This document shows, one piece after another, positions 1-10,200 of a stretch of 64,000 nucleotides of DNA. The stretch's first letter is position 1. Every line of letters starts with the position of its first letter. Below the pieces are notes generated by a model, which saw only the letters and a list, made by a program, of their open reading frames with translations, ran no database searches and was not told where the DNA came from. A program made the translations under genes and the position numbers. This stretch comes from Flavobacteriaceae bacterium. GTDB taxonomy: Bacteria; Bacteroidota; Bacteroidia; Flavobacteriales; Flavobacteriaceae. The DNA lies in contig OZ245039.1 of NCBI GenBank assembly GCA_965224095.1, forward strand, positions 2,559,715 to 2,623,714. The letters are read 5' to 3'.

Positions 1-2
1 CG

Positions 3-2147
3 AACCCTGATGATGTGATGGACGGGATTGCAGGACTTATTACCTTGCACATGACATCCGGAACAGCACTGGGGAGTACTAATACCCAGGAAAAAGGATA
101 TCAATACGGAGTACAGGTAGATCAAAATACGGGAAAGTTTACAGTTATGGGGAACCTGGTCAATCTATCCGGTGCTTTGGGGCTTTATGGGAATACATCT
201 GCAAACGGAGGAGAACTTGGATATTTTATGGGTGATGGAACTCAGAGTAATTATATAAAGATTGTAGTTACCACCGCTGGAATAACAGCGCTGCAGGAAA
301 TAAACGATATCCCTCAGACTCCGATAAATATTCCGATAGCCGTTCAGGACAGGCCCGTAACCGATATGCAGTTTTATTTTACGGTAGATCCATCCAACGG
401 TGAGGTCGTACTGGAATATGCTATTGACAGTGGGAATAGAATAACGATTGCAACGATTCTTGCGGAGGGGAATGTATTAAATGCAATACAACAAACAAAT
501 ACCGATTTGGCGGTGGGATTTATAGGAAGTTCAAACACACCGGGGGTTGAGTTGGAAGGAAGCTGGGATTATTTAAATGTAATTCCCGAAGGAAACACCT
601 TCACCTTGCGAATTAATTCCGGAGGGCCACAAATTACATATGACGGAAAATTATTCTCGGCAGATCAGTTTTTTCAGGGAGGAATAGCCTATGAAAATAC
701 GGGTGCCCAGGTGCCTGAACTGTTTCAAACCGAACATACCGATTCAGCTCCGTCTATCTTTGATTATAATATTCCGGTACCTAATGGAGATTATACGGTG
801 GTTCTCCATTTTGCTGAGATCTATTGGGGAGCTACAAACGGTCAGGCAGGAGGAATAGGTCAGCGTATTTTTGATGTAAGTATAGAAAGTACTTTAGTAC
901 TCGATAATTACGATATCATTGCAGATGTTGGCTCGGAAACTCCGGTTGCCAAAACGTTTATTACCGAGGTTACGGATGGTGAACTCCATTTAAATTTTTC
1001 GGCACTCCCCGAAGTAGGTGGAGTAAATCAGGCAAAGGTTTCGGCTATTGAGATTTATGGAACTGCGAGCAATGCTCCCCCCGTAGCAGTAGCTAGTGCC
1101 ATTCCGACCAGTGGGATTCTTCCGCTGGAAGTAAGCTTTACAGGAAGTAATTCAACCGATGATAAGGCAGTAGTGGGCTACCAATGGGATTTTAAAGATG
1201 GGACTCCCGTTTCAACAGAAGCCAATCCGGTTCATACTTTTACCACCGCCAACACCTATGAAGTTGAATTAACCGTGGAAGATGACGAAGGATTAACCCA
1301 TAGTACTACGATTACCATTGTAGTGAACGAACCTCCTAATGAGGCCCCGGTGGCTGTGGCCACAGCCATACCGACAAGCGGAATACTTCCGCTGGAAGTG
1401 AGCTTTACCGGGAGCAACTCAACCGATGATAAGGCGGTTGTTAGCTACCAATGGGATTTTAAAGACGGGACTCCCGTTTCTACAGAAGCCAATCCGGTTC
1501 ATACTTTTACCACCGCCAATACCTATGAGGTTAAATTAACCGTGGAAGATAGTGAAGGATTAACCCATAGTACTACGATTACCATTATAGTGAACGAACC
1601 TCCCAATGAGGCTCCGGTGGCTGTAGCCAGTGCAACACCGATAAGTGGTATTGCCCCTTTGGAAGTAAGCTTTACGGGGAGTAATTCAACCGATGATACG
1701 GCAGTGGTGAGCTATTTCTGGGACTTTAAAGACAAGGCCCTCACTTCTACCGAAATGAACCCCATTCATATTTTTAAAAGAGCAGGAGTATATGAAGTAT
1801 CTCTAACGGTAGAGGATGAAGCGGGATTAAGCGATACGCAAACCCTTACCGTAGCGGTTTCAAAAGGAACAGCGAATAATGATATAGAAGCAACGCTCCT
1901 GATGAACCCTTCCAAAGAATTTGCACGGGTGAAATGGATAGATTATGGCCCTGAAGACAGGAATGTTGTAAGGGTTTATTTGTTTGATTTAAACAGGCAG
2001 CTTATAGGCCTGTATAATCCCCAGCAAGTATTCTCACATGGTTTATTTGAGATTCCAATTAGCTCCCTGAGCGATGGAGTTTATCTCATAGGATTTGAAA
2101 CAAATAAGGGAGATCACATAGTAGTAAAACTAGTAGTAATGAATTAG
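3..2147 (+). CDS. Secreted malectin-domain protein with three PKD repeats and T9SS C-terminal sorting domain (5' end upstream of window)
   Basis: The frame is open from base 3, so the ORF-track start at 15 is not the true start. Malectin-like block (GGPQITYDGKLFSADQFFQGG ... HFAEIYWG ... QRIFDVSIE). Three PLEVSFTGSNSTDD..WDFKDG PKD units. C-terminal tail VYLIGFETNKGDHIVVKLVVMN is typical of Por/T9SS cargo. Confidence 0.85.
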   Translation, partial: NPDDVMDGIAGLITLHMTSGTALGSTNTQEKGYQYGVQVDQNTGKFTVMGNLVNLSGALGLYGNTSANGGELGYFMGDGTQSNYIKIVVTTAGITALQEINDIPQTPINIPIAVQDRPVTDMQFYFTVDPSNGEVVLEYAIDSGNRITIATILAEGNVLNAIQQTNTDLAVGFIGSSNTPGVELEGSWDYLNVIPEGNTFTLRINSGGPQITYDGKLFSADQFFQGGIAYENTGAQVPELFQTEHTDSAPSIFDYNIPVPNGDYTVVLHFAEIYWGATNGQAGGIGQRIFDVSIESTLVLDNYDIIADVGSETPVAKTFITEVTDGELHLNFSALPEVGGVNQAKVSAIEIYGTASNAPPVAVASAIPTSGILPLEVSFTGSNSTDDKAVVGYQWDFKDGTPVSTEANPVHTFTTANTYEVELTVEDDEGLTHSTTITIVVNEPPNEAPVAVATAIPTSGILPLEVSFTGSNSTDDKAVVSYQWDFKDGTPVSTEANPVHTFTTANTYEVKLTVEDSEGLTHSTTITIIVNEPPNEAPVAVASATPISGIAPLEVSFTGSNSTDDTAVVSYFWDFKDKALTSTEMNPIHIFKRAGVYEVSLTVEDEAGLSDTQTLTVAVSKGTANNDIEATLLMNPSKEFARVKWIDYGPEDRNVVRVYLFDLNRQLIGLYNPQQVFSHGLFEIPISSLSDGVYLIGFETNKGDHIVVKLVVMN
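1071..1871 (+). repeat. Three tandem 267-bp coding repeats (PKD domains); copies 1 and 2 are nearly identical
   Basis: Repeat starts (N[AE]APVAVA) fall at 1071, 1338 and 1605, giving an exact 267-bp period. Units 1 and 2 differ at only a handful of residues; unit 3 has diverged. Confidence 0.9.
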
Positions 2148-2258
2148 ATTAAAAAACGTTTTATTATAAATAAAGATTAAAAGATCTGTTTACAGTTTAT
2201 ATAAATGCCCTTTAAAATTTTATACATGACCCGAATCAATATAAAAATATTTTCCGAT

Positions 2259-3506
2259 ATGAAAATGGCATTACAATCTCCGCCATTGATAAAGAATTAT
2301 TCGAAAGCGATACTTCAGCTGGTGTTGGTATTTCTGTTGGTTGCATTTAATTCATGCACAAACGATCGATTTGTGAATACCATTGAGGTAGCCATAGATA
2401 CGGATGGAGACGGAGTACTTGACAGTGATGAAATTATAGCGGGAACCGACAAAAATAATCCTTGCGATCCTCGGCAGAATCCGGGTTATGTATCATTTGA
2501 TCCCTTGAATGTTGTATGGTCGAGTTCGGATTGCGATTACGACGGAATTAAGAATGGTGATGAAATTGCGTTGGCAACAGATCCGTATCTGAACAATGAT
2601 GTGTATGTAATTCCGGAATTTTTATCGAAACTGTCGGAACTCAAAATATTTCAGGGCAGTCTTTCTGATCTTAAATTTAGCGATACCGTGCATGAATTTG
2701 CATTGAGTACTCCGCTTTTTACCGATTATGCCCGCAATGTGCGCTCTGTAGCAATTCCACCAGGAAAACAAATGGAGTATAAAGGAGAGGGCTTACCGCT
2801 TTTTCCGGATAATACCATTCTAAGCAAGACTTTTTATTACCTGAACGATGAAAGAGATCCCGCCATGGGAAAGAAGATTCTTGAGACCAGAATACTGATC
2901 AAAAAAAACGGGGTATGGCAAGCAGGTAATTATGTGTGGAATGAAGAGCAGACCGAGGCATTCTTGGATGATGATGCCCATACGGTTCCGGTTAATTGGA
3001 TTGACCAGCAGGGAAATAACAGAAGTGTTAATTACAAAGTGCCTCCAAAAATCCTTTGTTTTCAGTGTCATGATAATAATGGAAATACCGGTCCGATTGG
3101 TGTGAAATCAAGAGCTCTGAATTTTGTGCACAACCAGGTAAACCAAATACAATACTTTGTAGACAAGGGATTGTTTAAAAATGTGCCGGATATTTCACAA
3201 ATAAAAACACTCCCCGATTGGGCAGATACCTCGTTACCTTTGGAAGAAAGGGCCAGAGCTTATCTGGATGTAAATTGTGCACACTGTCATCAGCCCGGAG
3301 GGTCTTATAACAGAAATTATGGAGATTCTTTCGAATTCAGGCTGGAAACCTCTTTTGAAGATAGTAATATCTATCAGGAAAGAGTAGCTATTAAGAACCG
3401 GATGAATACGCAAATACCAAGTTATTTCATGCCTTTAATAGGAACTACCGTTGTTCATGAGGAAGGCGTGGCTCTGATAAATGCCTATATCGACTCCCTG
3501 GAGTAA
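2259..3506 (+). CDS. Lipoprotein with two CxxCH haem-binding motifs and thrombospondin-type-3-like Asp repeats (dihaem cytochrome-c-like protein)
   Basis: CFQCH and CAHCH motifs. DTDGDGVLDSDE calcium-binding-type repeat. Lipobox LLVAFNSC. ATG at 2259 is preferred over the ORF-track start at 2205. Confidence 0.7.
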   Translation: MKMALQSPPLIKNYSKAILQLVLVFLLVAFNSCTNDRFVNTIEVAIDTDGDGVLDSDEIIAGTDKNNPCDPRQNPGYVSFDPLNVVWSSSDCDYDGIKNGDEIALATDPYLNNDVYVIPEFLSKLSELKIFQGSLSDLKFSDTVHEFALSTPLFTDYARNVRSVAIPPGKQMEYKGEGLPLFPDNTILSKTFYYLNDERDPAMGKKILETRILIKKNGVWQAGNYVWNEEQTEAFLDDDAHTVPVNWIDQQGNNRSVNYKVPPKILCFQCHDNNGNTGPIGVKSRALNFVHNQVNQIQYFVDKGLFKNVPDISQIKTLPDWADTSLPLEERARAYLDVNCAHCHQPGGSYNRNYGDSFEFRLETSFEDSNIYQERVAIKNRMNTQIPSYFMPLIGTTVVHEEGVALINAYIDSLE

Positions 3507-3581
3507 TCACTTTAACAGATAGTCAATTTTATAAAAGTAACAGGTACACGAATAGGAAAACCTATTTTATTTGAGGGTATA

Positions 3582-3989
3582 CTACATACTTTTTATATAA
3601 TTGATGAGCAACCACAAATCTTCATCCTCGGGTATGATCTTTTCAAATCCCGGCATATCACCTCTTCCCGTATAGATTTTGTAATACAAACTGCCGTCGG
3701 TTTGATTTTTAAAGGTTTCGGAAGTAAAGTCTGCAACGGGAGTTTCTAACGACCTGGCTCCTGTTCCGTCTCCTTTTCCTTTCTTACCATGGCAGAGCTT
3801 ACAATTTTTAGAATATACTATACGCCCAATATTTTCTTCATCTTCCATATCGGCATAGGGGTTTTTCATATTTTGATACTCCGTAGGAACTTTCCAGGGA
3901 TTCTCCCGGGCGGATTTTATGACGGTCATCGATAAAAAAACAAAGCTTAAAGCCAGTACTAAGGTTATTGGAATAATTTTCTTTCTCAT
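3582..3989 (-). CDS. Class I c-type cytochrome (monohaem, signal peptide)
   Basis: CKLCHGKKGKGDG haem motif and a distal Met region (GDMPGF). N-terminal hydrophobic signal. Confidence 0.85.
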   Translation of the reverse strand: MRKKIIPITLVLALSFVFLSMTVIKSARENPWKVPTEYQNMKNPYADMEDEENIGRIVYSKNCKLCHGKKGKGDGTGARSLETPVADFTSETFKNQTDGSLYYKIYTGRGDMPGFEKIIPEDEDLWLLINYIKSM

Positions 3990-4054
3990 GATTAAACAGG
4001 ATTAAAATTTGTTTTAACTTAAAAGGTTAATTGGTGTCATTTGATTTATTTAAA

Positions 4055-4912
4055 TTAAAAATGATAGGCTCTGGTAATATTGAAACCGATCAGGAAATCA
4101 CCTTCGAAAAAATCGTGTTGATTGAACATATGGTTTTTTTGTGGAACAATTCCGTTATAATTAGTAATGAACAATTGAAAAGCATGTCCTGATGTTGAAA
4201 ATTCTACTCCTAAGCTTACACCCGGTTCCGGTCCTGTAGTTTGCGATGTTCCACCGGGATGTTGCGAAAAGGGCTGGCTGTAGTCCAGTTGTACTGATGT
4301 CTGAGGACTTATTTTATAACGTCCTCCCAGAGCAAGAGCAACCATGTCGTTCCTCATTCCGTTTTCCACCAAATTATAATGTGAAATACTTGGTGCCAGT
4401 TGAAACGAAAATTTAGAACTAAACCGCCGGGCAATAATCAGCTGATTGAAAAAAGAAAATCTGTCAAAGTCAAACTTAAAATTTTCATTTTTGCTGGCAT
4501 CGATAGCGAAATTACCATAATAAGAAACGCTTACGGGAATTTTGTTGGAACGTGTTTGCCTGAGAATCCCGACTTTTAGGCTGAAGTCCTGCAAACGATC
4601 GAACTTGGTAGTTCCGAAACCCAGGGTCCATCTGTCTCCAATAGCATACGAAAATCCTAAACGAATGTTAGAAGGAGCCCAAATACCAACCAAATCGTTT
4701 TCACCTCCGTTAATGAGTCCGAAACGATGCTTTATTTGTATCTCCAGAGTTTTATGGCTAAATAAAACATTCGTTGGATTATTAATTAAAAAAGAACTTT
4801 CAAAAGCGGGACGTTCCGGTTTTTCCGGGATTGTATCCTTTTGAGCATTTTGAGAAACAACCGATAATGATAGTATTAAAAAAGCTGAAAGCAAGATTTT
4901 GTTATATATCAT
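4055..4912 (-). CDS. Outer-membrane beta-barrel protein (DUF5777-like)
   Basis: Signal peptide, alternating amphipathic strands, and a terminal aromatic residue (RAYHF). The family assignment is from memory, not from a search. Confidence 0.7.
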   Translation of the reverse strand: MIYNKILLSAFLILSLSVVSQNAQKDTIPEKPERPAFESSFLINNPTNVLFSHKTLEIQIKHRFGLINGGENDLVGIWAPSNIRLGFSYAIGDRWTLGFGTTKFDRLQDFSLKVGILRQTRSNKIPVSVSYYGNFAIDASKNENFKFDFDRFSFFNQLIIARRFSSKFSFQLAPSISHYNLVENGMRNDMVALALGGRYKISPQTSVQLDYSQPFSQHPGGTSQTTGPEPGVSLGVEFSTSGHAFQLFITNYNGIVPQKNHMFNQHDFFEGDFLIGFNITRAYHF

Positions 4913-4928
4913 ATTAACGGGATTGAAA

Positions 4929-5309
4929 TTAATTGTTTAAAGCACCCTGTTCTATCCAGTTTTTGATCAGGGTAATTTCATCGGTCGGTAAACTGCCTTT
5001 AGGCGGCATAATACTGGGACTGCCCAGAAGCCTTTGATATAATACGCTGGTGCCTGAGTTAAAAGGTATTATATAAACTCCATTGGTTATGCTGGTATAC
5101 GAATTGCCTGCGGTAAGATCAGGGGATGAAACCAGCACGGGATGGCACGAGGCACAGTTTTTTGTAAAAATGGGTTGAATATCAGTTGCAAATGAAATAA
5201 CCTTATCAGGCGGAATTTCTTCAATTAATTCATCGTAATAACATCCGGATACAAAAAACATCAGGATAATAATAGCCGTTTTATGTATTAACTTTAAAAA
5301 TTCCTTCAT
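4929..5309 (-). CDS. Small lipoprotein with a single CxxCH haem-binding motif
   Basis: Lipobox FFVSGC. CASCHP motif with downstream MPP, as in cytochrome-c-type planctomycete/PSCyt-like domains. Confidence 0.65.
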   Translation of the reverse strand: MKEFLKLIHKTAIIILMFFVSGCYYDELIEEIPPDKVISFATDIQPIFTKNCASCHPVLVSSPDLTAGNSYTSITNGVYIIPFNSGTSVLYQRLLGSPSIMPPKGSLPTDEITLIKNWIEQGALNN

Positions 5310-5532
5310 TGCAGCATCACTTACCTGAAATGAACTTTTTACAGATTAAATCTGCTGTGAAGCTAGGAACATCCGGCGTTTTATGTCATGACTTTTATCA
5401 TGTTTGCGAAAATCTGGTATGAGTTTCCGACGTTGTGTTTTTAATAGACGATAAAGTGTATGGCCGTTTTAAACCATATGGAAATTACGGGAAAGAAATA
5501 GAAGAGTAACGCGTAAATTTTAATGAATCCGT

Positions 5533-6501
5533 TTAGAAAATTTTACTGTTTTTTTGATAAAATGCCTTTAGATTAGTGAGCATAGCTTGCGTTATCCGGT
5601 CCAAATCGTATTCATGTTGCCAACCCCAGTCGTTTCGGGCAGCGTTATCGTCCATACTATCCGGCCATGTATCGGCAATTTGCTGTCTGAAGTCAGGCTT
5701 GTAATACATTTTAAACCCGGGAAGATACTGCTCAATAGAATTGGCAACTTCTTCAGGGGTAAAGCTCGTTCCGGTCACGTTATAAGAAGACCTGTGCTTT
5801 ATTGATATTGCGTCGGCTTCCATGATCCCCAATGTAGCATTGATAGCATCTTCCATATACATCATGGGAAGCATCGTATGTTTACTTAAAAAACATTCAT
5901 AAGACCCTTGTGTAATAGCCTTGTGGTAAATATCTACTGCATAGTCGGTAGTACCTCCGCCAGGAGGGGTTTTCCAGCTAATAATCCCGGGGTATCGCAA
6001 ACTGCGCACATCCACACCATAATTGTTGTAGAAGTATTCACACCACCGTTCACCGGCCAGTTTGGTAATACCATAAACGCTGGTAGGCTCCATAATGGTT
6101 GTTTGGGGAGTGTTTGTTTTCGGAGTGGTAGGTCCGAATACTGCCATAGAACTGGGCCAGAATACTTTTTTGATTATGCCGTTTCTCGCAATTTCCAAAA
6201 TATGTGAAAGCGAATTCATATTGAGTTCCCACGCCTTCTGAGGATATTTTTCAGCTGTTGCCGAGAGCAGAGCAGCCATTAAATACACTTCGTTAATTTG
6301 ATGCTTTTGGATACAGGAGACGAGCTGTTCCTTATGGGTGGCATCCAGGATCTGGAAGGGGCCAGAGCGCATTAATTCCTCATTTCCTTCCTTAATGTCG
6401 CTGGCAACTACTGAGTGATCCCCGTGTTTCTTCCGAAGCGCAAGGGTGAGCTCGGAACCAATTTGTCCACAGGCCCCGATGATCAATATTTTTGTTTTCA
6501 T
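5533..6501 (-). CDS. NAD-dependent epimerase/dehydratase-family enzyme, L-threonine 3-dehydrogenase-like (extended SDR)
   Basis: MKTKILIIGACGQIGSEL Rossmann motif; YGITK catalytic YxxxK. Start taken at the internal ATG (6501) that gives the usual N-terminus. Confidence 0.8.
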   Translation of the reverse strand: MKTKILIIGACGQIGSELTLALRKKHGDHSVVASDIKEGNEELMRSGPFQILDATHKEQLVSCIQKHQINEVYLMAALLSATAEKYPQKAWELNMNSLSHILEIARNGIIKKVFWPSSMAVFGPTTPKTNTPQTTIMEPTSVYGITKLAGERWCEYFYNNYGVDVRSLRYPGIISWKTPPGGGTTDYAVDIYHKAITQGSYECFLSKHTMLPMMYMEDAINATLGIMEADAISIKHRSSYNVTGTSFTPEEVANSIEQYLPGFKMYYKPDFRQQIADTWPDSMDDNAARNDWGWQHEYDLDRITQAMLTNLKAFYQKNSKIF

Positions 6502-6594
6502 GAATCCAAAAATAAAGAAAACCAATAAATACTGATCATTTTTTTAACGAAGTATTTATAGAAAATAAGCAGTTAAAAATTGTACTTTCGTATT

Positions 6595-7116
6595 ATGGTG
6601 AAAATGAAATTCGTTATGCTGGTAGTAGCTGCAAATTTGTGTTTCCAGGCATGTAGAAAGCAGGAAACACAGGAAGATCCTTTCCAGGCTAAGATACCCG
6701 AACAGGCAGAAACATTACAAAAAATACCGGAATTGGTTAAACTTTCGGATGCGGTAAAGAAAGAGTTAGACGAATGGGAGGAATATATGGGGTTTGAAAA
6801 TAGCCTTCGCGCTATTTTGGAAGCCGATGATCCGAATGAAGTATCGGTGGTAATCCCCGAATTACTTGAAAAAGAAAAAAACCTGACGGAAGGCCCCTTT
6901 CCGGAAAAGTTTGACGATCCCAGAATAAAAAGCCGGATTCTGGTACTCAAGACCCGCTTGTATGAATTAAAAGCACAAGTGGATGAAAAAATACTTTCCG
7001 ATTCTTTACTTCACAAAAATCAATATGTGCTAACGGAAGTTTTTAATGCCCTGAGAAATCAATTTCTGGAGATAAGCCAGGGTGGGGTGGATGAACGTAT
7101 TCTTTCTCCTGATTAA
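6595..7116 (+). CDS. Hypothetical lipoprotein
   Basis: The signal/lipobox MKFVMLVVAANLCFQAC favours the + strand ORF over the Ser-rich antisense ORF 6573..6950. Confidence 0.6.
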   Translation: MVKMKFVMLVVAANLCFQACRKQETQEDPFQAKIPEQAETLQKIPELVKLSDAVKKELDEWEEYMGFENSLRAILEADDPNEVSVVIPELLEKEKNLTEGPFPEKFDDPRIKSRILVLKTRLYELKAQVDEKILSDSLLHKNQYVLTEVFNALRNQFLEISQGGVDERILSPD

Positions 7117-7234
7117 AAATATTTTGGGCATTTATCTGTAAGATCCTCAATATGCTAAGGACTAAAATCCATTTAACGATTAATTGTTTCAAGTGCGTAA
7201 ATATTATCTATATTCGGGAACCAAATCAACTCCT

Positions 7235-10200
7235 ATGAAGCATTTCATTCTTTTAGTGTCTCTCTTGATGGCAGCATTTTCTTATGGGCAGTTTAATCAG
7301 GACGCCCCCTGGGTAAAAGAATTAAACTCATCAAAAAATACCGATGTAACGGCAAGGCAGTCAAAACAACCCTTTACGCTTTATGAACTGTCGAAATCAT
7401 TTGAGAATCATTGGGAGAATAAAGATTATAATGAAAAAGGATCCGGTTTTAAACCATTTAAAAGATGGGAAAATTTCTGGAGGCATTTTGTAAATGAGCA
7501 GGGATACCTGCCCACAGCAAAGGAGCTGTGGAAAACATGGGAGAATAAAAGGAATAGCACATTAAAATCCAATCCCGCAAGCAACTGGGAGGCAGTAGGG
7601 CCCTTTACCCATCTGGCGGAAGGCAGCAGGTTACCCGGACAGGGACGGGTTAATACGATTGCCGTTGATCCGAATAATGCTGATATATGGTATGTAGGAG
7701 CCCCGGCAGGGGGGATATGGAAATCAACCAATGCGGGCACCAGTTGGACACCCTTAACCGATGAGCTACCCCAGATCGGAGTGTCCGGAATTGCCATAGA
7801 CTCCAACAATTCGAATGTTATTTATATTACCACCGGAGATGATGACGCCGGTGATTCTTTCAGCGTGGGTGTTTTTAAATCGACCGATGGTGGTCAAACC
7901 TGGCAGCAAACGGGGTTGAACCCTTCAAACTCGCCGTCATCCATGAATGAAATATATATGGATCCGAATAATTCCAATGTTTTATGGGTAGCCACCAGTA
8001 ACGGTTTGTATAAAACCACTGATGCCGGCCAGACATGGCTGCAAAAAATTAATGATCCTAATAGTTTTAACAGGAATGTAAAAGATTTAAAACTTAAGCC
8101 GGGCAATAGTAATGTTATATATGTGGTTACCGAAAATACCTTTTATAAATCAACCGATGGCGGAGAAAATTTTATCAAAATATCGGAAGGACTTCCGGAA
8201 AGTTCAGGAAGGCTGGTTTTGGGAGTTACACCCGCCGATCCCGAATACGTATATATACTAAGCGCTAAAGAAGCATCAGATGATTATGCTTTTCAGGGAT
8301 TGTACAAATCGATAAATTCCGGAGATACGTTCACCAAAACCGCAGAGACCGATGATATTTTTGAAATTGATCAGGCCTGGTACGATTTGGCACTCGAAGT
8401 ATCACCAACCAATGCAGAAGAAATATATACGGGTTGCCTGAATATCTGGAAATCTACCAACGGGGGAAATAATTTTTCGAAAATAAACAGCTGGGCTGCA
8501 AAAACTCCGAGTTATACACATGCTGATATACACATACTTCGCTTTTTTAATCAAACTCTTTTTTGTGGAAGCGATGGCGGGATTTACTCGAGTGCCAATG
8601 GTGGAGCATCTTTTACAGACCATACGGCAGGACTGGCAATAAGCCAGTTTTACAGAATTTCCGTGGCACCTAAAAACGCAAATAAAATTATTGGAGGCTT
8701 GCAGGATAACGGTGGTCATTCGTATATGAACAATCAATGGAGGAATTACCATGGCGGAGACGGAATGGATAATGTAATTAATCCAAACGACGATTCTCTG
8801 ATATACGGATTTACACAATTTGGAGGATCGCTTAATATTTCAGCCAACGGAGGGCAGGACTTGATCGCAAGTATTGAAGCGCCACCGGACATAAAAGGAG
8901 AGTGGATTACACCATTGGCAACCGATTTAAACGGGGAAATATACGCCGGGTATAATGCCCTCTACAGACTTTCCGGGAATAGCTGGCAAAAAGTATCGAC
9001 CAATGACTTTCCGGATAATGCAACCGATTTGGAAACAGACCCGGCTCATGCAGAAATCCTGTATGTTTCGGTGGATATTAGCGATAATTCAGGAAGGATT
9101 CTGAGAAGTGAACTTCTTAAAAGTACCGACAGCGGTACTACATTTACTAAAATTCATGAGTTTGAAACGCGTATTAATTCGATAGAAGTTAATAATTCCA
9201 ATAGCAATATTGTTTACGTAACCACGGCTGTTCTGGGAAAACGAGGTGTATTCAGGTCGGAAGACGGCGGGAATAATTTTGAAAACATAAGCTATAACCT
9301 GCCGGGCGACCAGCCTTATTTTATTGTGGTACATCAGGGGAGGCATACTAAAAATCCGCTGTATGTGGGAACAAACCTCGGAGTATACAGGCTGGATGAT
9401 ACGGCTAATGAATGGGAAGAATACCTTACAGGACTTCCAAATAGTCCGGTACGCGATCTCGATATAAGTCTTGATCAGGGAATTATTACAGCGGCTACCT
9501 ATGGCAGAGGCGTTTGGCAGTCGCCTATTCCGGTAGAACAGGCTTCCGATGATGTTGCCCTGGTGTCTATCGTTTCTCCTTTAAGAAATCAGGTGTTTTG
9601 CGGGGTAGTTACCCCGGAAATAATCATTTCAAATAACGGAACCAATACCATTACTTCGGTTGATATAACCTATACAATAAATGAGGTGGCACACAATTTT
9701 AACTGGACGGGAACACTTCCTTCTAATGCTAATCAGAACATTCAGCTACCGCAAGTGTCGGCGGCAGTAGGAATGGTTGCTATGGATGTTGAAGTACATA
9801 CGACCAACGATGCTTTTTCCGATAATAATAAACAAAGTATTACCTTTTTTGTTAACGGAGAGGGAAATCCGGGAGAGCTTAATTCGTTTGAGACCTCTGC
9901 CAATGATTTAATAACTTATAACGAGGGAGATTCCAGGACGTCCGAATGGCAGCGGGGCGTTCCCTCAGGAGTGGTACTTAAAACAGCTGCATCCGGAACA
10001 CGCGTTTATGCTACAAACCTTTCCGGCGACCATCATGATCAGACCAAGAGTTACCTGGTAACACCGTGTTATGATTTTAGCAGGATACAAAACCCTGTGT
10101 TGAAATTTAAAATGGCATATGAACTGGAACGGAACTGGGATATAGTATATGTAGAATACTCTGTAAACAAAGGGCAGAACTGGAGCGTATTAGGGGCTCT

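Noticed and set aside
6573-6950. 125-aa minus-strand ORF overlapping 6595-7116.
   Set aside because: It is a Ser/Phe-rich low-complexity translation, whereas the + strand ORF has a clean lipoprotein signal peptide.
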